Below are positions 23,228-37,877 of a stretch of DNA of 64,000 bases, one piece after another (the stretch's first letter is position 1; each line of letters begins with the position of its first letter). Source of the DNA: the human T2T-CHM13v2.0 reference genome, Homo sapiens; the NCBI RefSeq assembly GCF_009914755.1, contig NC_060929.1, one strand, 5' to 3'. The position numbers and the translations under genes were made by a program. The notes under the pieces were generated by a model. The model did not search any database. It saw nothing but the letters and a program-made list of their open reading frames with translations, and was not told where the DNA came from.

Positions 23228-24860
23228 CTAAATAAGCTAGACTTCATTAAAATTAAAAACTTATGCTCTGCAAATACAATGTCAAGAGAATGAAATGAGA
23301 AGCCAAAGACTAAGAGAAAATATTTGCAAATAACAAATCTGATAAAGGAGTCTTACCCAAAATATACGAATACTTAAAACTCAACAGTAAGAAAATAAAC
23401 AAACTGATTAAAAAATGGACAGAAGACATGAACAGAAACCTTGCCAAAAATGACATAGATTTACACAAATAAGCGTATGAAAAAAATGCTCAAAATCATA
23501 CATCCCCAGACAATTACACATTAAAAAGAGCAATGAGATACTTCTACACACATATTAAAATGGCCATTAACAGCACCCAACACAATTACAGCATCAGCTA
23601 CTGGTAAGGATGTAAAAGTGGGAATGCAAAAATGGTACAGCCACTTTGCAAGACAGTTTGGTAGTTTCTTACAAAACTAAACATACTCTTTTCATACAAT
23701 CCAGCAATGATGCTCCTTGGTTCTTATCCAAAAAAGTTGAAAACATATCCACACAAAAACCTGCAAATGGATGTTTATGATAGCTTTATTTCATAATTGC
23801 CAAAACTTAGAAGCATCTGAGGTGTACTTAAGTAGGCAAGTGGATAAAACAGATGTGGTACACTGAGGCAATAGAATATTATTCAGCACTAAAAAGAGAT
23901 GTGCTGTAAAGGCACAATATGACATGTAGGATACTTATGTACATATTACTAAGTGAAAGACGCTGATAAGAAACCACATACTGGATGATTCCAACTACAT
24001 GAAATTAAAGAAAAGGCAAAACTATGGAGACAGTAAATATATTAGTGGTCACCAGTGGTTAGGGCTGAAGGAGGAATAAACAGACAGACTATACAGGATT
24101 TTTAGGGCAGGGAAACTACTCCTTGTTAAACAAACCCACAGCCTCAGGCAGGGACTCGAGCAACCCTTTTCTTGGGAGGAAGAAACCTCTAGATTTCAGG
24201 AGTGCCCTCCAGTGGTTGCTCTGCTGTCTAACTAATCCTCTACTGATTTCCCCAAGGCTGACTGGGGCAGCACTTCTTGCAGATCTAAAACCCAGCTGAA
24301 AACTGAGGTAGGATCTTCTCACTTATAGGAAAAGTCCTCGATCACTGCATAGACAGGCTAAAACTGATGAGTGCTTTGGGTCAGAAAGTTTGTGGGGTTT
24401 GGTGGCTTTTTTTTCTTTTCTTTTTTTTTTTTTTTGGTTTTTCATATCATGCACACCACTTGCCTACTCAACTCCAAAAACAACATTCTGTCACAGCAAT
24501 TACCAGGGAAAAACATGAGGTGGAAAAATCAGAGTAATGTCTCCCCTTGGGGTGGAGATTATATACCCCATTATATACCCATATAGTATGCTACTATAAC
24601 GGTGCATATATGTTGTTATTTGTCAAAACCCATGGAATATACACTACCAAGAATGAACCCTAATGTAAACAATGGAATTTTAGTAATAATGATTGTGTCA
24701 ATACAGGCTCATCAATTATAATAAATGTGCCACTGTGGTTTGGGATGTTGATTGTGAGGGAGGTTGTGCAAGTGCGGTAACAGGAGATATATGGGAATTC
24801 TCTGCTCAGTTTTGCTGTGAACCTAAATCTGCTCTAAAAATAAAGTTTATTAATTAAAAA
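23228..24860 (+). mobile_element. L1MC1-like ORF2 end and 3' UTR, interrupted at 24122-24585
   Basis: aaaaggcaaaactatggagacagtaaa and tgctgtgaacctaaatctgctctaaaaataaag; collinear with the copy at 33490-34470. Confidence 0.85.
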
Positions 24861-24959
24861 TAAACCGTAGCTTATAGATTAGGAAAAAAGCTGTAATTTG
24901 ATTTAGTATTAAATTGGGGTGTTTCTATGTTTTCATTTTTCTTTGCTTTTCCTTTAGTT

Positions 24960-26420
<1,461 letters not shown>

Positions 26421-27746
26421 GTTATGCCCTACTAAAATGTAACCATAAAATGCAAAAACAAAGGACACATTCTTTTAACAATGTAAAAAAAAATGAAACC
26501 TTAACCACATATATCCCAAATGCCAAAGCACTTATATATTTGCTTTAACGTTTATATATTTAAATATAAAATTTATCTTTTTAAAAGTTTTGGTTAAAAA
26601 TGAAATCAGTACTGAAATTGAAGAATATCAAGACAACAATGAGTCACGGATAAGCTACATATAAAATTTACAAATAGAAATAAATCTGTGTTCAAAGTAA
26701 AATTTATTGCTTTGATTCTAAAAGTGAACGATATAATTTACATATAATTAGCACTCAATATAAAAAAGCATAATCACGACATGTACTGAAAAATTAAAAG
26801 GAAGTAAATATTTAAAGAAAAAAATTAAAGATGATTGAAAATGGAATTGGTAAATGTAGGATACTTTGAAAAACAAAGCCTATAAATTAGATAATGCATT
26901 CTATAGTCTAATTTTAAAAAGAAGTCATAATTTTTTAACATTAGAAATGAAAATAGAAAGTAAAACACAGATATAAAATGAAAAGAAATATTAGCGAATA
27001 ATAGCTTAAGCACAATGCAAATAAATTTGGATTTTTTAATTTGTGGAAAAAACGTTAAATCTATAGCAATTAGAACAGATGGAAGAAAATTTAAAGATTG
27101 CCTTAAATCCCACTGATAAATGTATGTGGGAATTCTTGCTTTTTGGTATTCTATTATCTTAATATGAAGTGGGGAATTAAGGAGGTAAAACTTGAAAGAA
27201 CATAAAAGTATTGAAAAGATCAGGTCTTGTCTGATCCATTACCCATATTCATATAAATAAATAAATAGCAAAATCAGCACACTCAACAATTTCAAAGATG
27301 GTTTATTTCAAGAATAAAAATTTTAATGTTACTTAAGGTATCTCAATTTATAAAGAGAGATGTAAAACTCCTGTTCATTTTAAGGTTTATTCCAACATAA
27401 ACAGCAAAATTTAAAAAGAGCCCCAAAATAAAACTGTAATGCCATTGTACTTACAAATTTTAAGAAACTTATAAGCATAATTTAGAAATAAGTTTAAAAA
27501 GCAATATGCCATGACAAAAAGAGGCTTATTTTAGAAATGTCAGAATGTTACAATATGAGAAAATGAATTCGTATACTTCACCTATTGAAGACTGAGGGGC
27601 AAAAAAATTATATGGTCACCTCAATGAAAGCTGAAGAAGATTTTGATTATTTCCCAATTTAATATAAACTTACTAAAATATAAGTAGATGCTTATGTCTT
27701 TGATTTTTAATAACTACATAGCAAAACTGAAAGCCAAAATTATATA

Positions 27747-28278
27747 CAGTCATATACTGCATAATGATGCAGTTAACAACTTACCACATGTATGATGGTG
27801 GTCCCATAAGATTATAATACCTGGCTGGACACGGTGGCTCACGCCTGTAATCCTAGCACTTTGGGAGGCTAAGGTGGGCGGATTGCCTGAGCTCAGGAGT
27901 TCAAAACCAGCCTGGGCAACATGGTGGAACCCCGTCTCTACTAAAAATACAAAAAAATTAGCCTGGCGTGGTGGTGTGTGCCTGTAGTCCCAACTACTCA
28001 GGAGCTGAGGCAGGAGAATGGCTTGAACCTGGGAGCAGAGGTTGCAGTGAGCCAAGATTGCACCACTGCACTCCACACTCCAGCCTGGGAGACAGTGAGA
28101 CTCTGTCTCCAAAAGAAAAAAAAAAAAAAGATGATAATACCTTACTTTTACTGTACTTTTTATATGTTTAGAAACACAAATACTTATGACTGTGTAACAA
28201 TTGCCTACCGTATTCAACACAGTAACATGGTGTACAGGTTTTGTAGCCTAGGAGCAATAAGCTTTACAATATAGCCTG
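27747..28278 (+). mobile_element. Tigger3a/MER7A-type MITE copy 1, right end missing, split by an Alu
   Basis: TA-cagtcat...gatggtggtcccataagattataatacc...ttgtagcctaggagcaata. Confidence 0.85.
27823..28127 (+). mobile_element. AluS with 15-bp TSD
   Basis: TSD aagattataatacct (27808-27822) / aagatgataatacct (28128-28142). Confidence 0.95.
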
Positions 28279-28476
28279 AAAACTATAATGTATATATATG
28301 CAAACATAATATACATAATGAAACTATGCCAAGGCATATCTTTAAAAAACTGCTAAAAACAAAAAAGCAACAGAAAATCTTAAAAGAAGCCAGAGGAATA
28401 AGACACATTAGCTAGAGGAACAAAATAAAGAATGCCAACAAACTTCTTATCAAAATTTATGCAGACAAGATATATT

Positions 28477-29146
28477 CATTCATGTACCTCATCCAAGGAC
28501 ATTTCTGTCAACAATGGAACACATATACGATGGTGATGCCATAAGATTATAATATCATATTTTTACTGTACTTTTTCTATCTATTAATATATATCTATCA
28601 TGTATCTGTTTATTGAGACAGGGTCTCACTCTGTCACCCAGGCTGGAGTGCAGTGGCACAATCACAGCTCACTGCAGCTTGGACCTCACCAGGCCTAGGG
28701 GATCTTCTTGTCTCAACCTCCCGTGTAGCTGGGACTACAAGTGCCACCACGTCCAACTAATTTTATAATATTTATAGAGACGGGGTTTCGCCATGTTGCC
28801 CAGGCTGGTCTCTAACTCCTGGGCACAAGCGATTTGCCCACCTCGGCCTCCCAAAGTGCTGTGATTTCAAGTACGAATCACCATGCCCAGCCTCCTTTTC
28901 TATTTAGATATGTTAAATACAAAAATACTTAGGATTGTTTTACATTTGCCTACTGTGTTCAGTACAGTAAGATGTTGTACAGGTTTATAGCATAGGAACA
29001 ATAAGCTATACCATATAGCTTAGGTGTGTAGGTGACTATACCATATTGGTTTGTGTAGGTGCATTCTATGATGTTCACACAAGGATGAAAGCACCTAACA
29101 AAGCATCTCTCAGAATATATCCCTATCACTAAGTGACATGTGATTG
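28477..29146 (+). mobile_element. Tigger3a/MER7A-type MITE copy 2, complete, split by an Alu
   Basis: cattcatg...acatatacgatggtgatgccataagattataat...ctcagaatatatccctatcactaagtgacatgtgattg-TA. Confidence 0.85.
28581..28892 (-). mobile_element. AluJ
   Basis: gagacagggtctcactctgtcacccagg...cacaatcacagctcactgcagc (J-type positions); flanks ctttttctat / ccttttctat. Confidence 0.92.
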
Positions 29147-29149
29147 TAC

Positions 29150-30100
29150 AATAAATACTGAAAAACAAGAATAATTTCCATTATAACCAGGAATACAAAG
29201 ATGCCCACTAACACTGCCATCATTTACATTTACTCTGAATGTATAGTTTATGATCATTAAAAAGGCAAGAAAAGACATAAAACTGGAAAGGAACAGCCAT
29301 TTTCATTATTAGCAGATAATTGCATACTTGGACAACTTAAGGGAATAACTTGAATATTGTTAAAAAATACCGAAACAGTAACAATATTCAGTAAGAGGTC
29401 CTATTACAAACTACTATTCAAACCTTAATTTTTTGTACAAGTAGTTTTAAAGATGAAAACATACTATTTACAAGTGAACATAAACATATAAAATGCAAAT
29501 ACACCTAACATGAAGTGTGTAGACTTTATGTAAAGAAAATTATAAAATTCTGGCAGGAGACATGTAGTCTTCAATTAATGGAAAGACATCTACTTTTCTT
29601 GGATAGAAAGACTCTCAGTATTTTATAGATGTCTACTCTCCTGAACTTAATCCATAAATTTAATGTGATTCCAACAAAAATACCTGCAGGACTCTGAAAG
29701 TAGTCAAGCTAATTCTACAGCCAAACAAACACATAAGAATAATCAAAAATAATCTGTAAATGTATAATGCAGTGAGAAAGTATTATTTGTCATCTATAAT
29801 GTTGATTATAAAATTTATTTTAAAAGTTTTGCCCTGGCTTCTTAAAAAACAAGCAGATACCAAATGGAACATATTAGAGAATAAAGAAGTACGTATAAAT
29901 AAAAACAGAAATTTAGTATAAAATGGTAGAATTCCTATGCAATAGTGAAAAAATGTATGTAAACAATACTGCTGTGACAACTGGCTGGCTATTTAAAAAA
30001 AAAGCTGGATTCCTACTTGTTAAATTATACAATAGATTACTTTTTAAGTAAATTACATACTTTATTTCTTAAATAAAACTTATAAATTCTGGATTAACCA
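29150..30100 (+). mobile_element. Ancient L1ME ORF2 remnants (continuing from about 27300-27745)
   Basis: caggaatacaaagatgcccacta; tggaaagacatc...ttcttggatagaaagactc; ccataaatttaatgtgattccaac. Confidence 0.6.
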
Positions 30101-30298
30101 AAATCATAGTAATCATTGAAACAGTAACTCCAGCAAATATTTTTTCCTCTTTGGCTCTCCAGCATTTCCCCTGATGGAAGGGACAGCTGTTATACTGTAA
30201 TGGAAACATTCTAAATTTGTGTGTAATTTCCTTGCTCGCCATGCTTCTACAGCACCATCATTCCTGGCCTTATATAAAATTGTTTCTGAGCAATTAAT

Positions 30299-30362
30299 TT
30301 ATATATATATATGTTTCTGTATATATGTGTGTGTGTGTATTATACATATATATATATGTATG
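30299..30362. repeat. (TA)n/(TG)n compound microsatellite
   Basis: Visible directly. Confidence 0.85.
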
Positions 30363-30599
30363 ATATAGCAATTGGTTACTGTTCATAGAATTTACTAAGT
30401 TTTCTCTGTAGTCCTGTACTAAAATACAGCTACAACTATAGCTATTTGGACATTTGGAATGGGCATTGAAGACAGTTTTGTACACTTGAAAGCTGATAAT
30501 GTTTCCAGTTGGGTACGCTCAAGGAATAAAAATACTTTGAGCTTTTAATCAAAACATGGCTACAATATACTGGTCAAGGAACTGGAGTTGAAAGTGAGG

Positions 30600-31810
30600 A
30601 AATAAGAGTGGTATTTCTCACAATTCTATCTACTGATTTCCTTGCAAAAGTCTTGTGACTTGGGATCTGCCAGTTTGGATCTTATTACTCCCCCAAAAGA
30701 ATGCTTCCACCAGGAGACTCCAATGTGTTTCTATTGAATTAGAAGCTAATACAGCCATTTGCCCATTATAGGATCTTATGACTCTGGGAGAATAGTTAAA
30801 AAGCAGGTGTGTGTTGTTGAGTGAGGTGATTAAACCAGACAATCAAAAGACATTTGAGTTGTAGATGCAGGGGAAATTGTAAATAAAATCAGGGCATAGC
30901 CTGAAGTGCCCCTTACAGTCTCTAGGTCAGGTAAGTTAATGGAGGCTGGGCACGGTGGCTTGCACCTGTAATCCCAGCACTTTAGGAGGCAGAGGTGGGC
31001 GGTTCACCTGAGGTCAGGAGTTTGAGACCAGCCTGTCCAACATTGTGAAACCCCATCTCTACTAAAAATACATATATTAGCTGGTTGTGGTGGCGGCCAC
31101 CTGTAATCTCAGCTACTCAGGAGGCTGAGGCAGGAAGAACTGCTTGAGCCCAGGAGGCAGAGGTTGCAGTGAGCGGAGATTGTGCCACTGCAATCCAGCC
31201 TGAGCAACAGAGTGAGACTCTGTCTGAGGACAAAAAAAAAAAAAAAATGGTTAATGGAGACTACAGCAACCACAGGTAGGACCAACAAGTGCTCAGACCA
31301 CTCAGGAATTGATATTTGGATATCTGGCACCAGGTATAGAACCCTAGTCAGCTGAGGTGCTGGCTAAAGCAAAATATCATATAATAAATCATAGAGGAAG
31401 TAAACCATAAATATGCAAAAAGCTTTCAGTGTCAGTTGAACATACTTGCATATTCTTCCTTGCTGTATTTATTTTTTCATATAGAGTATGGTGGTGGTGG
31501 TGGAGTTTACTGCTGTCTCCATATATTATGAAACAATCACGTGAAAGTATGATAGAACCATAGGAGGAGTGTATATCTCCCAGAGATCTTGGGCTTGGAT
31601 CTGGAAGCAAAAATTGATGGGATTTCAGATTGATGACTTTTAGAGAGCAGTTGTGTATGTTTTTGTTGTTGTACTAAGGCTGCTTGAATTAGGCAGAAAA
31701 TGGTATTTTGTTTTTTCTTTGTTTTTGTTTTTGTTTGTAAACAATTAGCACTCTTCTTTTGGGGCATCAAAGGTGAGTGATTATAATGGACATTTATCAT
31801 TTTAGAGGGT
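30600..31810 (+). mobile_element. Decayed ERVL-class internal sequence (dUTPase-like 3' region), split by an Alu
   Basis: gaatgcttccaccaggagactcc...ctattgaattagaagctaa...gaggtgattaaaccagacaatcaa resembles the ERVL/MaLR-int LPPGD..IPLNWKL..GVIDPDYQ region. Confidence 0.55.
30944..31247 (+). mobile_element. AluS (Sx/Sz-like)
   Basis: Full dimer; TSD gttaatgga at 30935-30943 and 31250-31258. Confidence 0.95.
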
Positions 31811-31814
31811 ACCA

Positions 31815-32345
31815 ATCATATAATTCTCTATCTTGTGTTTGGGTAATCCTTTGCTTTGTGTCTCTGAGACTACTGCACTGTGTAAAAGCTAAAAATGCCT
31901 AATACTCTCTTTGGTAGTTTCTTTTCCATTGATAGCCCATGACTTAAATTCTACTAATCCATTGCCACATCATAGACTTTCAGTCAATAGTTTATGACAT
32001 AAAGGCAATTGAGCCAGCATGTTTTCATTACAGTCAACATGGTAGTGGTTGTGGCAGTAACGTTCTCTTTTCAACAACAGCAGTGGCACAGCAGCCCAAG
32101 TGGTAGTATCCAGTGGCCAGTGATGAGTCAGTATAAGCCGAGGAGCCTCGGCTTAGTGGAGGTAGCAGTGATACTGATAGTGATCCAGTACCATGGCCTG
32201 ATTTTAGATGCTGCTGACTTTCTTTTCTAGGTCTTCCAGGTTTCCTGGAGATTAGGAGTTACCCAACATCTTTTTAATAAATTATTTTTTTTGCTTAGTG
32301 TAACTAGAGTAAATTTCCACTGTTTTATAACTAAATATCCAGCTT
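31815..32345 (+). mobile_element. Old ERVL LTR (LTR33/LTR16-like), probable 3' LTR of the adjacent internal piece
   Basis: 3' motif agttacccaacatctttttaataaattattttttttgcttagtgtaactagagtaaatttccactgtt and a (cagtgg)-rich middle. Confidence 0.5.
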
Positions 32346-32389
32346 TTTATGGATTTTTTTCTATTTGTATTTCACTCTTTCTGCCCTAT

Positions 32390-33054
32390 TTAAGTATTTA
32401 GTGAGTCTTCCCACTCAGTGCCTAAGAAAAGGGATATGGATATAGTTTTTTTTTATGCTATACCCAGCCGTCTGAGTAAAGCAAAAATTTTGGCTTTGTT
32501 TTTTTAAAAATTTAAGCCTTGAAATGGGATTGATAAAATGTCTGGGACAGAATCAGGGATTGGTGTAGATTTTCTCAAAATGAAAAGAAATTCTTCAGCA
32601 CTGAGAGAAGTAGAAGTAAGATCAAGAAAAGAGACATGAGAGTGATGCTTATTCAGGCTTTCTTAACATGCCCTTAATAACGCAGCAAGAGAGGAGAGGA
32701 AACGTCTGGAGAATGCGTCTAGGTAGATGAAGTCATGGGTGGTTTTAAAACAAAAGATTCTTATGTCCTAAGCGTGGCATTTTGTAAGCTGTAATTTCTG
32801 CTGGGCTGTGCTAAGGGGAGGAGAACCTTCTATGGACAAATGAATTGGTGATAACATGGGCTATTTTTTCAAACTTTGGCAGTGTAGGAGTTCCTAGAAC
32901 CTTTTATAATCCCAGGGAGAAAAAAATGAAACATAAAGACTGGGATTAGGTTTCCCATCAACCAAGTGTGATAGGAATTCATAAGTTGATCCAAGAAAAG
33001 GTAAAATTATGATTTTATACTCTTGACTTTGTGAACTGAAATTCATGTACAGCA
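32390..33054 (+). mobile_element. Possible ancient Gypsy-like LTR (MamGypLTR1-like)
   Basis: Only weak similarity of the end, gactgggattaggtttccc...tgactttgtgaactgaaattcatg. Confidence 0.3.
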
Positions 33055-33144
33055 TTAAATAAAAATGCAAAAATATTAAAATTCCAAAATTAAATATGGA
33101 TTTTTATCATCTTAGATTAAGAACGATGTTCTTTAAAAGATAAC

Positions 33145-34470
<1,326 letters not shown>

Positions 34471-34516
34471 ATATAGCATGCAGAAATATAACAATGATAT
34501 TATAAAAATATACCAA

Positions 34517-34563
34517 CATTGAAAGTAATGGCAAAAACTGCAATTACTTTTGCACTAACCTAA
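34517..34563 (+). mobile_element. One-armed MADE1 (Hsmar1 mariner MITE)
   Basis: cattgaaagtaatggcaaaaactgcaattacttttgcactaacctaa followed by TA: spacer plus one Hsmar1 TIR. Confidence 0.85.
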
Positions 34564-34829
34564 TAGCAATTAAAAGATGCTACATCTGCAGACATCAAAT
34601 GTTTAAATTTATACATAGCAATGATTTGTTATGTAAAGAATATTTTTACATGTATAGACTGTTTTTGCAGAGCACTCAAAGACCACTCTCTAATGGAAAG
34701 ATGAGCTAAGACATAAAAAATTCAAATATTTTCTAACATATGAACATATATTCGATATTACTGACAATTATTACAGTGGAAATGAAAACATTCAGATACC
34801 ATTGTTTCTCATGTTGGAGTAATCGTGGT

Positions 34830-34905
34830 ACTAATAACAATACTAGTAATAGTAAACATTTACCAAGGATTTACCATGTGTCAGACTCTGTTCTAACATT
34901 TTATG
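34830..34905 (-). mobile_element. MIR 3' part (resumes at about 36960-37265 after the L1 insertion)
   Basis: aatagtaaacatttaccaaggatttaccatgtgtcagactctgttctaa; continuation tttaattctcacaagaactctgagg...ttttacaaatgaggaaaatgaggc. Confidence 0.65.
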
Positions 34906-35252
34906 TTTTTTTAAAATATAGATTTAGCGGGTGCATGTGCAGGTTTGTTACACGGATAGATTATGTACTGGTGGGGATTGGGCCTCTAGTATATCCATTA
35001 CCCAAATAGTGAACATTGTACTTGATAGGTAGTTTTTCAACCCTTATTTCCCCTTTCACCATTTCCCCTATCCCCTTTTGGAGTCCCTAGTGTCCATTAT
35101 TTTTGTCCATTTTATTCACCTTTATGCCCATGTGTACCCATTGTTTAGCTTCCACTTATAAGTGAGAACATGTGGTATGTAGCTTTCTGGATTAGTTCAC
35201 TTAAGATAATGGCCTCCAGCTCCATTATGTTGCTGCAGGGAACATGATTTCA
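34906..35252 (-). mobile_element. L1PA15-17-like 3' end (non-inverted arm)
   Basis: gtgcatgtgcaggtttgttacacggat...ccattacccaaatagtgaacattgtac. Confidence 0.85.
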
Positions 35253-36757
35253 CCTCAACGCACATGAACTAGAAAACTTAGAGGAAATGGATAAATTACT
35301 GGAAGTATATAATCTCCCAAGATTAAACCAGGAAAAAGTAGAAATCCTGAACAGACCAATAATGAGTAATGAAAATGAATCAGTAATTTAAAAGATCTTC
35401 CCACAAAAAGCAGCCCAGGACCAGATGGATTCACAGGTGAATTTTACTAGACATGCAAAGAAGAGCTGATACCAACCTTATTGAAAATATTCCAAAAAAT
35501 CTCAGAGGAGGGTATTCTTGCCTAAGTCATTCCATGAAACCAGTATCATCCTGATATCAAAATCAGGAAAGGACACAACAAAAAGAAAACTACAGGCCAA
35601 TATCCCTGATAAACGTAAATGTAAAAATCCTCAACAAAATATTAATACTAGTAAACCAAATCTAACAGCACCTCAGAAAGATAATTCATCACAATCAAGT
35701 GGATTTTATTCCAGGGATACAAGGATACATTTGCACATCAACAAATGTGATTTGCCCCATAAACAGAACTAAAAAAAACAATTAGTCATCTCCATGTATG
35801 CACAAAAGACATCCAATACATTCTAACATCCCTCATGATTAAAAAAAAAAAAAACCTAAAGAAACTAGGTACATCCAAAGGTATATACCTCAAAATTGTA
35901 AGAATGATCTATCTATAACAAACTCACAGCTAGCATGAAACTTAATGGATAAAAGTTGAAATTATTCCCCCTAAATATTGGAACAAGACAAGGATGTCTA
36001 CTCTCACCATTTCTATTCAACATAGGATTGGAAGTCCTAGCTAGAGAAATCAGGCAAGAGAGAGAAAGAAAACATATCCTGTTCAGACAAGAGGAAGTCA
36101 AATTATCTCTGTTCACTGATGACCTGATTGTATAACTAGAAAACCCTAAAGATTCCTCCAAAAGTTTCCTACGCTTAATAAACGACTTCAGTAATGTTTT
36201 AGGATATAAAATCAATGTACAAAAATCAGTAGCATTTCTACGCACCAATAACATTCACACTGAGAACCCAACCAAGAACTCAATCCCATTTACAGTAGTA
36301 ATAAAAAAAAACTGGAAATGCACTTAATCAAAGAGGTTAAAGATCTTTGCAAGGATGAATATAAGACACTGATAAAAAAAAACTGTAAATGACAGAAACA
36401 AATGGAAAAACAACCCAGGCTCGTGGATTGGAAGAAACAATATTGTTTAAATGACCATACTGCTGAAAGCAGTTTACAGATTCAACATAATCCCTATCAC
36501 ATTACCAATGTCATCTTTCACAGAATTAGAAAAAACAATCTTAAAGTTCATATGGAACTGAAAAAAAAGTCCAAATTGCCAAAGCAGTCCTAAGCATAAA
36601 GAATAAATATGGAGGCATCACATTGCCTGATTTCAAATTATATCACAAAGCCATAGTAACTATGAAACATGGTACTGGTACAAAAAGAGACGCATAGACC
36701 AATGGAACAGAATGGAAAATGCAGTAATAAAGTCACACATCTACAACCAACAGACTT
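35253..36757 (+). mobile_element. L1 ORF2 (RT region), inverted arm
   Basis: ctagaaaacttagaggaaatggataaa...tctctgttcactgatgacctg (LFTDD, the FADD motif)...ctacaaccaacagac. Confidence 0.88.
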
Positions 36758-36960
36758 TAATTTATTTAATAAATTAAATTATTTATTAGTTAATAAATTA
36801 AATTATTAATAATTATATAATAAATAATTGTATATTATAATTTATATGTAATATAAAAATAAATAATTTTTATATTAAATAAATAAATATATTTAATTAA
36901 TATAAAATAAATAATTTAAATTTAATAAATTAAATTATTTATTAAATACATTAATTAATC
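36758..36960. repeat. About 200-bp nearly pure A/T quasi-palindromic low-complexity tract
   Basis: Only about 5 G/C bases; unit aataaattaaattatttatta repeated, with its partial reverse complement aataaataattt. Confidence 0.9.
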
Positions 36961-37299
36961 CATTTATTTAATTCTCACAAGAACTCTGAGGGGTAGTTAT
37001 TTATTATTCCTCTGTAGATTTTAAGACTCATGATACAGGAATATTTGTCGGTTTTGTTCAGTTGGATCCTCAGTCCTTAGAACAGAATTTTGCAAAATTT
37101 TATGTTCAGTAAATGCATATTGATTGAGCAAATGTTTTACAAATGAGGAAAATGAGGCAAAGAGGCGGTAAGTGTCTTGCTGTGAAACACATAGCTACTA
37201 ATGGCTGAGTTAATTTTTACACCTAAGCAGTCAACCACCAGAGTTTGAACTCCAAATTATTACCCTAGACAACTTCTCACAGAAAAACAGTTGGTAATA

Positions 37300-37727
37300 T
37301 ACAACATCGAGAAAGATATGAGTGAAAAGACATCAAAACCATTGTTATAACTTCTTTGCAGAACAGTTTGGCAGTGTATATATGAAAATAAAAATATACA
37401 CATCCTTTAATTTCACAATTCTGCTCCAGACATACTCATGTATACAAAGATGTACTTAGAACTACATTGATTGATGCAGTGTATGTCATGACAAAAGACT
37501 TGAAAGAACCTAGGTGTTCGTAAGTCAGAAACTGGTTGGTTAAATTATGATGCTACTCTGCAATGTAATAGTTAAAAATACCATTATTCTGTAAATATGT
37601 GCTGATTTGGAAAGATCATTATTGAGGAAAAAATGCAGAGTCAAAGAAAATTCATGTATTTTGCTCCCATTTGCTTAAATTCATCTAGGATACTTTACCT
37701 ATATCTTCCCATATCTATTATAAACAT

Positions 37728-37770
<43 letters not shown>

Positions 37771-37877
37771 ATACATATGCATGTTTTTAATTTTTATTGA
37801 AGACAGATTTGAAGTCTCGTTTTGGAAAGAAGCCTATGTTTGATTGTTTGTTTTAATAGTCTTAATTTTACCATGTG
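37300..37877 (+). mobile_element. L1ME3-like 3' remnant
   Basis: gaacagtttggcagtg...caaaagacttgaaagaacctaggtgttc...tggttaaattatg. Confidence 0.55.
37731..37767. repeat. (AC)18 microsatellite
   Basis: Perfect run. Confidence 0.97.

Noticed and set aside
27750-28274. ORFs of 156, 67 and 98 aa (also 807..1025, 25814..26038, 33149..33568, 58548..58820)
   Set aside because: Typical translations of Alu sequence (GFHHV.Q.GL.LL.S); no coding evidence.
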